NCBI GenBank assembly: GCA_964016885.1 | Contig: OZ024742.1 | Location: 261,516,001 to 261,580,000, forward strand | DNA: 64,000 nt | Source of the DNA: Eledone cirrhosa | Lineage: Eukaryota | Direction: 5' to 3' | Shown: positions 1 through 18,000 of the stretch, in pieces | How the letters are laid out: each line of letters begins with the position of its first letter | How positions within the stretch are numbered: position 1 is the first letter of the stretch | Notes under the pieces: model-generated | Databases searched by the model: none | What the model was told of the DNA's origin: nothing | Seen by the model: the letters and a program-made list of their open reading frames with translations, nothing else | Made by a program: the position numbers and the translations under genes

Positions 1-3000
1 TAGTAACGACAGCAACAACTACAATAGCAACGACAGTAACGACAGCAACAACTACAATAGCAACGGAGGTAACGACAGCAACAACTACAATAACAACGGC
101 AGTAACGACAGCAACAACTACAATAGCAACGGCAGTAACGACAACAACAACTACAATAGCAACGGCAGTAACGACAGCAACAACTACAATAGCAACGGCA
201 GTAACGACAGCAACAACTACAATAGCAATGGCAGTAACGACAGCAACAACTACAATAGCAACGGTAGTAACCACAGCGACAACTACAATAGCAACGGTAG
301 TAACGACAGCAACAACTACAATAGCAACGACAGTAACGACAGCAACAACTACAATACCAAAGGCAGTAACGACAGCAACAACTACAATAGCAACGGTAGT
401 AACGACAGCAACAACTACAATAGTAACGACAGTAACGACAGCAACAACTACAATAGCAACGGCAGTAACGGCAGTAACGACAGCAACAACTACAATAGCA
501 ACGGCAGTAACGACAGCAACAACTACAATAGCAAGGGCAGTAACGACAGCAACAAATACAATAGCAACGGTAGTAACGACAGCAACAACTACAATAGCAA
601 CGACAGTAACGACAGCAACATCTACAATAGCAACGGCAGTAACGACAGCAACAACTACAATAGCAACGACAGCAACAACTACAATAGCAACGATAGTAAC
701 GACAACAACAACAGTAACGACAGCAACAACTACAATAGCAACGGTAGTAACGACAGCAACAACTACAATAGCAATGGCAGTAACGACAGCAACAACTACA
801 ATAGCAACGGCAGTAACGACAGCAACAACTACAATAGCAACGGCAGTAACGACAGCAACAACTACAATTGCAACGGCAGTAACGACAGCAACAACTACAA
901 TAGCAACGGTAGTAACGACAGCAACAACTACAATAGCAATGGCAGTAACGACAGCAACAACTACAATAGCAACGGTAGTAACGACAGCAACAACTACAAT
1001 AGCAACGGCAGTAACGACAGGAAGAACTACAATAGCAACGGCAGTAACGACAGCAACAACTACAATAGCAACGGCAGTAACGAGAGCAACAACTACAATA
1101 GCAATGGCAGTAACGACAGCAACAACTACAATAGCAACGGTAGTAACGACACCAAAAACTACAATAACAACGACAGTAACGACAGCAATATCTACAATAG
1201 CAACGGCAGTAACGACAACAACAACTACAATAGCAACAACAGCAACAACTACAATAGCAATGGTAGTAACGACAGCAACAACTACAATAGCAACGACAGT
1301 AACGACAGCAACAACTACAATAGCAACGGAGGTAACGACAGCAACAACTACAATAGCAACGACAGTAACGACAGCAACAACTACAATAGCAACGGCAGTA
1401 ACGACAACAACAACTACAATAGCAACGGCAGTAACGACAGCAACAACTACAATAGCAACGGCAGTAACGACAGCAACAACTACAATAGCAACGGCAGTAA
1501 CGACAGCAACAACTACAATAGCAACGGTAGTAACCACAGCAACAACTACAATAGCAACGGTAGTAACGACAGCAACAACTACAATAGCAACGACAGTAAC
1601 GACAGCAACAACTACAATACCAAAGGCAGTAACGACAGCAACAACTACAATAGCAACGGTAGTAACGACAGCAACAACTACAATAGTAACGACAGTAACG
1701 ACAGCAACAACTACAATAGCAACGGCAGTAACGGCAGTAACGACAGCAACAACTACAATAGCAACGGCAGTAACGACAGCAACAACTACAATAGCAAGGG
1801 CAGTAACGACAGCAACAAATACAATAGCAACGGTAGTAACGACAGCAACAACTACAATAGCAACGACAGTAACGACAGCAACATCTACAATAGCAACGGC
1901 AGTAACGACAGCAACAACTACAATAGCAACGACAGCAACAACTACAATAGCAACGATAGTAACGACAACAACAACAGTAACGACAGCAACAACTACAATA
2001 GCAACGGTAGTAATGACAGCAACAACTACAATAGCAATGGCAGTAACGACAGCAACAACTACAATAGCAACGGCAGTAACGACAGCAACAACTACAATAG
2101 CAACGGCAGTAACGACAGCAACAACTACAATTGCAACGGCAGTAACGACAGCAACAACTACAATAGCAACGGTAGTAACGACAGCAACAACTACAATAGC
2201 AATGGCAGTAACGACAGCAACAACTACAATAGCAACGGCAGTAACGACAGCAACAACTACAATAGCAACGACAGCAAAAACTACATTAGCAACGACAGTA
2301 ACGACAGCAACAACTACAATAACAACGACAGTGACGACAGCAAGAACTACAATAGCGACGGCAGGAACGACAGTAACAACTACAATAGAAACGGCAGTAA
2401 CGACAGCAACAACTACAATAGCAACGACAGTGACGACAGCAACAACTACAATAGCAACGACAGTAAGGACAGCAACAACTACAATAGCAACGGCAGTAAC
2501 GACAGCAACAACTACAATATCAACGGCAGTAACGACAGCAACAACTACAATAGCAACGGCAGTAACGACAGCAACAACTACAATAGCAACGACAGTAACG
2601 ACAGCAACAACTACAATAGCAACGGCAGGAACGACAGCAACAACTGCAATAGCAACGGCAGTAACGACAGCAACAACTACAATAGCAACGACAGTAACGA
2701 CAGCAACAACTACAATAGCAACGACAGTAACTACAGCAACAACTACAATAGCAACGACAGTAACGACAGCAATATCTACAATAGCAACGGCAGTAACGAC
2801 AACAACAACTACAATAGCAACAACAGCAACAACTACAATAGCAACGGTAGTAACGACAGCAACAACTACAATAGCAACGGTAGTAACGACAGCAACAACT
2901 ACAATAGCAACGACAGTAACGACAGCAACAACTACAATAGCAACGGAGGTAACGACAGCAACAACTACAATAGCAACGACAGTAATGACAGCAACAACTA

Positions 3001-6000
3001 CAATAGCAACGGCAGTAACGACAGCAACAACTACAATAACAACGGCAGTAACGACAGCAACAACTACAATAGCAACGGTAGTAACCACAGCAACAACTAC
3101 AATAGCAACGGTAGTAACGACAGCAACAACTACAATAGCAACGACAGTAACGACAGCAACAACTACAATACCAAAGCAGTAACGACAGCAACAACTACAA
3201 TAGCAACGGTAGTAACGACAGCAACAACTACAATAGTAACGACAGTAACGACAGCAACAACTACAATAGCAACGGCAGTAACGGCAGCAACAACTACAAT
3301 AGCAACGGCAGTAACGACAGCAACAAATACAATAGCAACGGTAGTAACGACAGCAACAACTACAATAGCAACGACAGCAACAACTACAATAGCAACGATA
3401 GTAACGACAGCAACAACAGTAACGACAGCAACAACTAAAATAGCAACGGTAGTAACGACAGCAACAACTACAATAGCAATGGCAGTAACGACAACAACAT
3501 CTACAATAGCAACGGCAGTAACGACAGCAACAACTACAATAGCAACGGCGGTAACGACAGCAACAACTACAATAGCAACGGCAGCAACAACTACAATAGC
3601 AACGATAGTAACGACAACAACAACAGTAACGACAGCAACAACTACAATAGCAACGGTAGTAACGACAGCAACAACTACAATAGCAACGACAGTATGGACA
3701 GCAACAACTACAATAGCAACGGCAGTAACGACAGCAACAACTACAATAGCAACGACAGCAACAACTACAATAGCAACGGCAGGAACGACAGCAACAACTA
3801 CAATAGCAACGACAGCAACAACTACAATAGCAACGATAGTAACGACAACAACAACAGTAACGACAGCAACAACTACAATAGCAACGGTAGTAACGACAGC
3901 AACAACTACAATAGCAATGGCAGTAACGACAGCAACAACTACAATAGCAACGGCAGTAACGACAGCAACAACTACAATAGCAACGGCAGTAAAGACAGCA
4001 ACAACTACAATAGCAACGGCAGTAACGACAACAACAACTACAATAGCAACGACAGCAACAACTACAATAGCAACGACAGTAACGACAGCAACAACTACAA
4101 TAGCAACGGCAGTAACGACAACAACAACTACAATAGCAACGGTAGTAACGACAGCAACAACTACAATAGCAATGGCAGTAACGACAGCAACAACTACAAT
4201 AGCAACGGCAGTAACCAGAGCAACAAATACAATAGCAATGGCAGTAACGACAGCAACAATTACAATAGCAACGGTAGTAACGACACCAAAAACTACAATA
4301 GCAACGGCAGTAACGACAGCAACTACTACAATAGCAACGGCAGTAACGACAGCAACAATTACAATAGCAACGACAGCAACAACTACAATAGCAACGACAG
4401 TAACGACAGTAACGACAGCAACAACTACAATAGCAACGGCAGGAACGACAGCAACAACTACAATAGAAACGGCAGTAACGACAGCAACAACTACAATAGC
4501 AACGACAGTGACGACAGCAACAACTACAATAGCAACGACAGTAAGGACAGCAACAACTACAATAGCAACGGCAGTAACGACAGCAACAACTACAATAGCA
4601 ACGACAGTAACGACAGCAATATCTACAATAGCAACGGCAGTAACGACAACAACAACTACAATAGCAACGACAGCAGCAACTACAATAGCAACGGTAGTAA
4701 CGAAAGCAACAACTACAATAGCAACGGCAGTAACGGCAGCAACAACTACAATAGCAACGGCAGTAACGACAGCAACAACTACAATAGCAACGACAGAAAC
4801 GACAGCAACAACTACAATAGCAACGGCAGTAACGACATCAACAACTACAATAGCAACGGCAGTAACGACAGCAACAACTACAATAGCAACGGCAGTAACG
4901 ACAGCAACAACTACAATAGCAACGACAGTAACGACAGCAACAACTACAATAGCAACGACAGCAACAACTACATTAGCAACGGCAGTAACGACAGCAACAA
5001 CTACAATAGCAACGGCAGTAACGACAGCAACAACTACAATAGCAACGGGAGTAACGACATCAACAACTACAATAACAACGGTAGTAACGACAGCAAAAAC
5101 TACAATAGCAACGGCAGTAACGACAGCAACAACTACAATAACAACGGCAGTAACGACAGCAACAACTACAATAGCAACGACAGCAACAACTACAATAGCA
5201 ACGACAGCAACAACTACAATAACAACGGCAGTAACGACAGCAACAACTACAATAGCAACGGAGGTAACGACAGCAACAACTACAATAGCAACGACAGTAA
5301 CGACAGCAACAACTACAATAGCAACGGCAGTAACGACAACAACAACTACAATAGCAACGGCAGTAACGACAGCAACAACTACAATAACAACGGCAGTAAC
5401 GACAGCAACAACTACAATAGCAACGGCAGTAACGACAGCAACAACTACAATAGCAACGGTAGTAACCACAGCAACAACTACAATAGCAACGGTAGTAACG
5501 ACAGCAACAACTACAATAGCAACGACAGTAACGACAGCAACAACTACAATAGCAACGACAGTAACGACATCAACAATTACAATACCAAAGGCAGTAACGA
5601 CAGCAACAACTACAATAGCAACGGTAGTAACGACAGCAACAACTACAATAGTAACGACAGTAACGACAGCAACAACTACAATAGCAACGGCAGTAACGGC
5701 AGTAACGACAGCAACAACTACAATAGCAACGGCAGTAACGACAGCAACAACTACAATAGCAAGGGCAGTAACGACAGCAACAAATACAATAGCAACGGTA
5801 GTAACGACAGCAACAACTACAATAGCAACGATAGTAACGACAGCAACATCTACAATATCAACGGCAGTAACGACAGCAACAACTACAATAGCAACGACAG
5901 CAACAACTACAATAGCAACGATAGTAACGACAACAACAACAGTAACGACAGCAACAACTACAATAGCAACGGTAGTAAGGACAGCAACAACTACAATAGC

Positions 6001-9000
6001 AATGGCAGTAACGACAGCAACAACTACAATAGCAACGGCAGTAACGACAGCAACAACTACAATAGCAACGGCAGTAACGACAGCAACAACTACAATTGCA
6101 ACGGCAGTAACGACAGCAACAACTACAATAGCAACGGTAGTAACGACAGCAACAACTACAATAGCAATGGCAGTAACGACAGCAACAACTACAATAACAA
6201 CGGTAGTAACGACAGCAACAACTACAATAGCAACGGCAGTAACGACAGCAACAACTACAATAGCAACGGCAGTAACGACAGCAACAACTACAATAGCAAC
6301 GGCAGTAACGAGAGCAACAACTACAATAGCAATGGCAGTAACGACAGCAACAACTACATTAGCAACGACAGTAACGACAGCAACAACTACAATAACAACG
6401 ACAGTGATGACAGCAACAACTACAATAGCGACGGCAGGAACGACAGTAACAACTACAATAGAAACGGCAGTAACGACAGCAACAACTACAATAGCAACGA
6501 CAGTGACGACAGCAACAACTACAATAGCAACGACAGTAAGGACAGCAACAACTACAATAGCAACGCCAGTAACGACAGCAACAACTACAATATCAACGGC
6601 TGTAACGACAGCAACAACTACAATAGCAACGGCAGTAACGACAGCAACAACTACAATAACAACGACAGTAACGACAGCAACAACTACAATAGCAACGACA
6701 GTAACGACAGCAACAACTACAATAGCAACGGCAGGAACGACAGCAACAACTACAATAGCAACGGCAGTAACGACAGCAACAACTACAATAGCAACGACAG
6801 TAACGACAGCACCAACTACAATAGCAACGACAGTAACTACAGCAACAACTACAATAGCAACGACAGTAACGACAGCAATATCTACAATAGCAACGGCAGT
6901 AACGACAACAACAACTACAATAGCAACAACAGCAACAACTACAATAGCAACGGTAGTAACGACAGCAACAACTACAATAGCAACGGTAGTAACGACAGCA
7001 ACAACTACAATAGCAACGACAGTAACGACAGCAACAACTACAATAGCAACGGCAGTAACGACAACAACAACTACAATAGCAACGGCAGTAACGACAGCAA
7101 CAACTACAATAGCAACGGCAGTAACGACAGCAACAACTACAATAGCAACGGCAGTAACGACAGCAACAACTACAATAGCAACGGTAGTAACCACAGCAAC
7201 AACTACAATAGCAACGGTAGTAACGACAGCAACAACTACAATAGCAACGACAGTAACGACAGCAACAACTACAATAGCAACGACAGTAACGACATCAACA
7301 ACTACAATACCAAAGGCAGTAACGACAGCAACAACTACAATAGCAACGGTAGTAACGACAGCAACAACTACAATAGTAACGACAGTAACGACAGCAACAA
7401 CTACAATAGCAACGGCAGTAACGGCAGTAACGACAGCAACAACTACAATAGCAACGGCAGTAACGACAGCAACAACTACAATAGCAAGGGCAGTAACGAC
7501 AGCAACAAATACAATAGCAACGGTAGTAACGACAGCAACAACTACAATAGCAACGACAGTAACGACAGCAACATCTACAATAGCAACGGCAGTAACGACA
7601 GCAACAACTACAATAGCAACGACAGCAACAACTACAATAACAACGATAGTAACGACAACAACAACAGTAACGACAGCAACAACTACAATAGCAACGGTAG
7701 TAACGACAGCAACAACTACAATAGCAATGGCAGTAACGACAGCAACAACTACAATAGCAACGGCAGTAACGACAGCAACAACTACAATAGCAACGGCAGT
7801 AACGACAGCAACAACTACAATTGCAACGGCAGTAACGACAGCAACAACTACAATAGCAACGGTAGTAACGACAGCAACAACTACAATAGCAATGGCAGTA
7901 ACGACAGCAACAACTACAATAACAACGGTAGTAACGACAGCAACAACTACAATAGCAACGGCAGTAACGACAGCAACAACTACAATAGCAACGACAGTAA
8001 CGACAGCAACAACTACAATAGCAACGGCAGGAACGACAGCAACAACTACAATAGCAACGGCAGTAACGACAGCAACAACTACAATAGCAACGACAGTAAC
8101 GACAGCAACAACTACAATAGCAACGACAGTAACTACAGCAACAACTACAATAGCAACGACAGTAACGACAGCAATATCTACAATAGCAACGGCAGTAACG
8201 ACAACAACAACTACAATAGCAACAACAGCAACAACTACAATAGCAACGGTAGTAACGACAGCAACAACTACAATAGCAACGGTAGTAACGACAGCAACAA
8301 CTACAATAGCAACGACAGTAACGACAGCAACAACTACAATAGCAACGGAGGTAACGACAGCAACAACTACAATAGCAACGACAGTAACGACAGCAACAAC
8401 TACAATAGCAACGGCAGTAACGACAACAACAACTACAATAGCAACGGCAGTAACGACAGCAACAACTACAATAGCAACGGCAGTAACGACAGCAACAACT
8501 ACAATAACAACGGCAGTAACGACAGCAACAACTACAATAGCAACGGTAGTAACCACAGCAACAACTACAATAGCAACGGTAGTAACGACAGCAACAACTA
8601 CAATAGCAACGACAGTAACGACAGCAACAACTACAATACCAAAGCAGTAACGACAGCAACAACTACAATAGCAACGGTAGTAACGACAGCAACAACTACA
8701 ATAGTAACGACAGTAACGACAGCAACAACTACAATAGCAACGGCAGTAACGGCAGCAACAACTACAATAGCAACGGCAGTAACGACAGCAACAACTACAA
8801 TAGCAAGGGCAGTAACGACAGCAACAAATACAATAGCAACGGTAGTAACGACAGCAACAACTACAATAGCAACGACAGCAACAACTACAATAGCAACGAT
8901 AGTAACGACAGCAACAACAGTAACGACAGCAACAACTAAAATAGCAACGGTAGTAACGACAGCAACAACTACAATAGCAATGGCAGTAACGACAACAACA

Positions 9001-12000
9001 ACTACAATAGCAACGGCAGTAACGACAGCAACAACTACAATAGCAACGGCAGTAACGACAGCAACAACTACAATAGCAACGGCAGCAACAACTACAATAG
9101 CAACGATAGTAACGACAACAACAACAGTAACGACAGCAACAACTACAATAGCAACGGTAGTAACGACAGCAACAACTACAATACCAACGACAGTATGGAC
9201 AGCAACAACTACAATAGCAACGGCAGTAACGACAGCAACAACTACAATAGCAACGACAGCAACAACTACAATAGCAACGGCAGGAACGACAGCAACAACT
9301 ACAATAGCAACGACAGCAACAACTACAATAGCAACGATAGTAACGACAACAACAACAGTAACGACAGCAACAACTACAATAGCAACGGTAGTAACGACAG
9401 CAACAACTACAATAGCAATGGCAGTAACGACAGCAACAACTACAATAGCAACGGCAGTAACGACAGCAACAACTACAATAGCAACGGCAGTAAAGACAGC
9501 AACAACTACAATAGCAACGGCAGTAACGACAACAACAACTACAATAGCAACGACAGCAACAACTACAATAGCAACGACAGTAACGACAGCAACAACTACA
9601 ATAGCAACGGCAGTAACGACAACAACAACTACAATAGCAACGGTAGTAACGACAGCAACAACTACAATATCAATGGCTGTAACGACAGCAACAACTACAA
9701 TAGCAACGGCAGTAACCAGAGCAACAAATACAATATCAATGGCAGTAACGACAGCAACAATTACAATAGCAACGGTAGTAACGACACCAAAAACTACAAT
9801 AGCAACGGCAGTAACGACAGCAACAACTACAATAGCAACGGCAGTAACGACAGCAACAATTACAATAGCAACGACAGCAACAACTACAATAGCAACGACA
9901 GTAACGACAGTAACGACAGCAACAACTACAATAGCAACGGCAGGAACGACAGCAACAACTACAATAGAAACGGCAGTAACGACAGCAACAACTACAATAG
10001 CAACGACAGTGACGACAGCAACAACTACAATAGCAACGACAGTAAGGACAGCAACAACTACAATAGCAACGGCAGTAACGACAGCAACAACTACAATAGC
10101 AACGACAGTAACGACAGCAATATCTACAATAGCAACGGCAGTAACGACAACAACAACTACAATAGCAACGACAGCAGCAACTACAATAGCAACGACAGTA
10201 ACGAAAGCAACAACTACAATAGCAACGGCAGTAACGGCAGCAACAACTACAATAGCAACGGCAGTAACGACAGCAACAACTACAATAGCAACGACAGAAA
10301 CGACAGCAACAACTACAATAGCAACGGCAGTAACGACATCAACAACTACAATAGCAACGGCAGTAACGACAACAACAACTACAATAGCAACAACAGCAAC
10401 AACTACAATAGCAACGGTAGTAACGACAGCAACAACTACAATAGCAACGGTAGTAACGACAGCAACAACTACAATAGCAACGACAGTAACGACAGCAACA
10501 ACTACAATAGCAACGGCAGTAACGACAACAACAACTACAATAGCAAGGGCAGTAACGACAGCAACAACTACAATAGCAACGGCAGTAACGACAGCAACAA
10601 CTACAATAACAACGGCAGTAACGACAGCAACAACTACAATAGCAACGGTAGTAACCACAGCAACAACTACAATAGCAACGGTAGTAACGACAGCAACAAC
10701 TACAATAGCAACGACAGTAACGACAGCAACAACTACAATAGCAACGACAGTAACGACATCAACAACTACAATACCAAAGGCAGTAACGACAGCAACAACT
10801 ACAATAGCAACGGTAGTAACGACAGCAACAACTACAATAGTAACGACAGTAACGACAGCAACAACTACAATAGCAACGGCAGTAACGGCAGTAACGACAG
10901 CAACAACTACAATAGCAACGGCAGTAACGACAGCAACAACTACAATAGCAAGGGCAGTAACGACAGCAACAAATACAATAGCAACGGTAGTAACGACAGC
11001 AACAACTACAATAGCAACGACAGTAACGACAGCAACATCTACAATAGCAACGGCAGTAACGACAGCAACAACTACAATAGCAACGACAGCAACAACTACA
11101 ATAGCAACGATAGTAACGACAACAACAACAGTAACGACAGCAACAACTACAATAGCAACGGTAGTAACGACAGCAACAACTACAATAGCAATGGCAGTAA
11201 CGACAGCAACAACTACAATTGCAACGGCAGTAACGACAGCAACAACTACAATAGCAACGGTAGTAACGACAGCAACAACTACAATAGCAATGGCAGTAAC
11301 GACAGCAACAACTACAATAACAACGGTAGTAACGACAGCAACAACTACAATAGCAACGGCAGTAACGACAGCAACAACTACAATAGCAACGACAGTAACG
11401 ACAGCAACAACTACAATAGCAACGGCAGGAACGACAGCAACAAGTACAATAGCAACGGCAGTAACGACAGCAACAACTACAATAGCAACGACAGTAACGA
11501 CAGCAACAACTACAATAGCAACGACAGTAACTACAGCAACAACTACAATAGCAACGACAGTAACGACAGCAATATCTACAATAGCAACGGCAGTAACGAC
11601 AACAACAACTACAATAGCAACAACAGCAACAACTACAATAGCAACGGTAGTAACGACAGCAACAACTACAATAGCAACGGTAGTAACGACAGCAACAACT
11701 ACAATAGCAACGACAGTAACGACAGCAACAACTACAATAGCAACGGAGGTAACGACAGCAACAACTACAATAGCAACGACAGTAACGACAGCAACAACTA
11801 CAATAGCAACGGCAGTAACGACAACAACAACTACAATAGCAACGGCAGTAACGACAGCAACAACTACAATAGCAACGGCAGTAACGACAGCAACAACTAC
11901 AATAACAACGGGAGTAACGACAGCAACAACTACAATAACATAGGTAGTAACCACAGCAACAACTACAATAGCAACGGTAGTAACGACAGCAACAACTACA

Positions 12001-15000
12001 ATAGCAACGACAGTAACGACAGCAACAACTACAATACCAAAGCAGTAACGACAGCAACAACTACAATAGCAACGGTAGTAACGACAGCAACAACTACAAT
12101 AGTAACGACAGTAACGACAGCAACAACTACAATAGCAACGGCAGTAACGGCAGCAACAACTACAATAGCAACGGCAGTAACGACAGCAACAACTACAATA
12201 GCAAGGGCAGTAACGACAGCAACAAATACAATAGCAACGGTAGTAACGACAGCAACAACTACAATAGCAACGACAGCAACAACTACAATAGCAACGATAG
12301 TAACGACAGCAACAACAGTAACGACAGCAACAACTAAAATAGCAACGGTAGTAACGACAGCAACAACTACAATAGCAATGGCAGTAACGACAACAACAAC
12401 TACAATAGCAACGGCAGTAACGACAGCAACAACTACAATAGCAACGGCAGTAACGACAGCAACAACTACAATAGCAACGGCAGCAACAACTACAATAGCA
12501 ACGATAGTAACGACAACAACAACAGTAACGACAGCAACAACTACAATAGCAACGGTAGTAACGACAGCAACAACTACAATACCAACGACAGTATGGACAG
12601 CAACAACTACAATAGCAACGGCAGTAACGACAGCAACAACTACAATAGCAACGACAGCAACAACTACAATAGCAACGGCAGGAACGACAGCAACAACTAC
12701 AATAGCAACGACAGCAACAACTACAATAGCAACGATAGTAACGACAACAACAACAGTAACGACAGCAACAACTACAATAGCAACGGTAGTAACGACAGCA
12801 ACAACTACAATAGCAATGGCAGTAACGACAGCAACAACTACAATAGCAACGGCAGTAACGACAGCAACAACTACAATAGCAACGGCAGTAAAGACAGCAA
12901 CAACTACAATAGCAACGGCAGTAACGACAACAACAACTACAATAGCAACGACAGCAACAACTACAATAGCAACGACAGTAACGACAGCAACAACTACAAT
13001 AGCAACGGCAGTAACGACAACAACAACTACAATAGCAACGGTAGTAACGACAGCAACAACTACAATAGCAATGGCAGTAACGACAGCAACAACTACAATA
13101 GCAACGGCAGTAACCAGAGCAACAAATACAATAGCAATGGCAGTAACGACAGCAACAATTACAATAGCAACGGTAGTAACGACACCAAAAACTACAATAG
13201 CAACGGCAGTAACGACAGCAACAACTACAATAGCAACGGCAGTAACGACAGCAACAATTACAATAGCAACGACAGCAACAACTACAATAGCAACGACAGT
13301 AACGACAGTAACGACAGCAACAACTACAATAGCAACGGCAGGAACGACAGCAACAACTACAATAGAAACGGCAGTAACGACAGCAACAACTACAATAGCA
13401 ACGACAGTGACGACAGCAACAACTACAATAGCAACGACAGTAAGGACAGCAACAACTACAATAGCAACGGCAGTAACGACAGCAACAACTACAATAGCAA
13501 CGACAGTAACGACAGCAATATCTACAATAGCAACGGCAGTAACGACAACAACAACTACAATAGCAACGACAGCAGCAACTACAATAGCAACGACAGTAAC
13601 GAAAGCAACAACTACAATAGCAACGGCAGTAACAACTACAATAGCAACGGCAGTAACGACAGCAACAACTACAATAGCAACGACAGAAACGACAGCAACA
13701 ACTACAATAGCAACGGCAGTAACGACATCAACAACTACAATAGCAACGGCAGTAACGACAGCAACAACTACAATAGCAACGGCAGTAACGACATCAACAA
13801 CTACAATAGCAACGACAGTAACGACAGCAACAACTACAATAGCAACGACAGCAACAACTACATTAGCAACGGCAGTAACGACAGCAACAACTACAATAGC
13901 AACGGCAGTAACGACAGCAACAACTACAATAGCAACGGGTGTAACGACATCAACAACTACAATAACAACGGTAGTAACGACAGCAAAAAAAAAATAGCAA
14001 CGGCAGTAACGACAGCAACAACTACAATAACAACGGCAGTAACGACAGCAACAACTACAATAGCAACGACAGCAACAACTACAATAGCAACGACAGTAAC
14101 GACAGCAACAACTACAATAACAACGGCAGTAACGACAGCAACAACTACAATAGCAACGGAGGTAACGACAGCAACAACTACAATAGCAACGACAGTAACG
14201 ACAGCAACAACTACAATAGCAACGGCAGTAACGACAACAACAACTACAATAGCAACGGCAGTAACGACAGCAACAACTACAATAGCAACGGCAGTAACGA
14301 CAGCAACAACTACAATAGCAACGGCAGTAACGACAGCAACAACTACAATAGCAACGGTAGTAACCACAGCAACAACTACAATAGCAACGGTAGTAACGAC
14401 AGCAACAACTACAATAGCAACGACAGTAACGACAGCAACAACTACAATAGCAACGACAGTAACGACATCAACAACTACAATACCAAAGGCAGTAACGACA
14501 GCAACAACTACAATAGCAACGGTAGTAACGACAGCAACAACTACAATAGTAACGACAGTAACGACAGCAACAACTACAATAGCAACGGCAGTAACGGCAG
14601 TAACGACAGCAACAACTACAATAGCAACGGCAGTAACGACAGCAACACCTACAATAGCAAGGGCAGTAACGACAGCAACAAATACAATAGCAACGGTAGT
14701 AACGACAGCAACAACTACAATAGCAACGACAGTAACGACAGCAACATCTACAATAGCAACGGCAGTAACGACAGCAACAACTACAATAGCAACGACAGCA
14801 ACAACTACAATAGCAACGATAGTAACGACAACAACAACAGTAACGACAGCAACAACTACAATAGCAACGGTAGTAACGACAGCAACAACTACAATAGCAA
14901 TGGCAGTAACGACAGCAACAACTACAATAGCAACGGCAGTAACGACAGCAACAACTACAATAGCAACGGCAGTAACGACAGCAACAACTACAATTGCAAC

Positions 15001-18000
15001 GGCAGTAACGACAGCAACAACTACAATAACAACGGTAGTAACGACAGCAACAACTACAATAGCAATGGCAGTAACGACAGCAACAACTACAATAACAACG
15101 GTAGTAACGACAGCAACAACTACAATAGCAACGGCAGTAACGACAGCAACAACTACAATAGCAACGGCAGTAACGACAGCAACAACTACAATAGCAATGG
15201 CAGTAACGACAGCAACAACTACAATAGCAACGGCAGTAACGACAGCAACAACTACAATAGCAACGGCAGTAACGACAGCAACAACTACAATAGCAACGGC
15301 AGTAACGAGAGCAACAACTACAATAGCAATGGCAGTAACGACAGCAACAACTACATTAGCAACGACAGTAACGACAGCAACAACTACAATAACAACGACA
15401 GTGATGACAGCAACAACTACAATAGCGACGGCAGGAACGACAGTAACAACTACAATAGAAACGGCAGTAACGACAGCAACAACTACAATAGCAACGACAG
15501 TGACGACAGCAACAACTACAATAGCAACGACAGTAAGGACAGCAACAACTACAATAGCAACGCCAGTAACGACAGCAACAACTACAATATCAACGGCAGT
15601 AACGACAGCAACAACTACAATAGCAACGGCAGTAACGACAGCAACAACTACAATAACAACGACAGTAACGACAGCAACAACTACAATAGCAACGACAGTA
15701 ACGACAGCAACAACTACAATAGCAACGGCAGGAACGACAGCAACAACTACAATAGCAACGGCAGTAACGACAGCAACAACTACAATAGCAACGACAGTAA
15801 CGACAGCACCAACTACAATAGCAACGACAGTAACTACAGCAACAACTACAATAGCAACGACAGTAACGACAGCAATATCTACAATAGCAACGGCAGTAAC
15901 GACAACAACAACTACAATAGCAACAACAGCAACAACTACAATAGCAACGGTAGTAACGACAGCAACAACTACAATAGCAACGGTAGTAACGACAGCAACA
16001 ACTACAATAGCAACGACAGTAACGACAGCAACAACTACAATAGCAACGGCAGTAACGACAACAACAACTACAATAGCAACGGCAGTAACGACAGCAACAA
16101 CTGATATAGCAACGGCAGTAACGACAGCAACAACTACAATAGCAACGGCAGTAACGACAGCAACAACTACAATAGCAACGGTAGTAACCACAGCAACAAC
16201 TACAATAGCAACGGTAGTAACGACAGCAACAACTACAATAGCAACGTCAGTAACGACAGCAACAACTACAATAGCAACGACAGTAACGACATCAACAACT
16301 ACAATACCAAAGGCAGTAACGACAGCAACAACTACAATAGCAACGGCAGTAACGGCAGTAACGACAGCAACAACTACAATAGCAACGGCAGTAACGACAG
16401 CAACAACTACAATAGCAAGGGCAGTAACGACAGCAACAAATACAATAGCAACGGTAGTAACGACAGCAACAACTACAATAACAACGACAGTAACGACAGC
16501 AACATCTACAATAGCAACGGCAGTAACGACAGCAACAACTACAATAGCAACGACAGCAACAACTACAATAGCAACGATAGTAACGACAACAACAACAGTA
16601 ACGACAGCAAGAACTACAATAGCAACGGTAGTAACGACAGCAACAACTACAATAGCAATGGCAGTAACGACAGCAACAACTACAATAGCAACGGCAGTAA
16701 CGACAGCAACAACTACAATAGCAACGGCAGTAACGACAGCAACAACTACAATTGCAACGGCAGTAACGACAGCAACAACTACAATAGCAACGGTAGTAAC
16801 GACAGCAACAACTACAATAGCAATGGCAGTAACGACAGCAACAACTACAATAACAACGGTAGTAACGACAGCAACAACTACAATAGCAACGGCAGTAACG
16901 ACAGCAACAACTACAATAGCAACGGCAGTAACGAGAGCAACAACTACAATAGCAATGGCAGTAACGACAGCAACAACTACATTAGCAACGACAGTAACGA
17001 CAGCAACAACTACAATAACAACGACAGTGATGACAGCAACAACTACAATAGCGACGGCAGGAACGACAGTAACAACTACAATAGAAACGGCAGTAACGAC
17101 AGCAACAACTACAATAGCAACGACAGTGACGACAGCAACAACTACAATAGCAACGACAGTAAGGACAGCAACAACTACAATAGCAACGCCAGTAACGACA
17201 GCAACAACTACAATATCAACGGCAGTAACGACAGCAACAACTACAATAGCAACGGCAGTAACGACAGCAACAACTACAATAACAACGACAGTAACGACAG
17301 CAACAACTACAATAGCAACGACAGTAACGACAGCAACAACTACAATAGCAACGGCAGGAACGACAGCAACAACTACAATAGCAACGGCAGTAACGACAGC
17401 AACAACTACAATAGCAACGACAGTAACGACAGCACCAACTACAATAGCAACGACAGTAACTACAGCAACAACTTCAATAGCAACGACAGTAACGACAGCA
17501 ATATCTACAATAGCAACGGCAGTAACGACAACAACAACTACAATAGCAACAACAGCAACAACTACAATAGCAACGGTAGTAACGACAGCAACAACTACAA
17601 TATCAACGGTAGTAACGACAGCAACAACTACAATAGCAACGACAGTAACGACAGCAACAACTACAATAGCAACGGAGGTAACGACAGCAACAACTACAAT
17701 AGCAACGACAGTAACGACAGCAACAACTACAATAGCAACGGCAGTAACGACAACAACAACTACAATAGCAACGGCAGTAACGACAGCTACAACTACAATA
17801 GCAACGGCAGTAACGACAGCAACAACTACAATAGCAACGGCAGTAACGACAGCAACAACTACAATATCAACGGTAGTAACCACAGCAACAACTACAATAG
17901 CAACGGTAGTAACGACAACAACAACTACAATACCAACGACAGTAACGACAGCAACAACTACAATACCAAAGGCAGTAACGACAGCAACAACTACAATAGC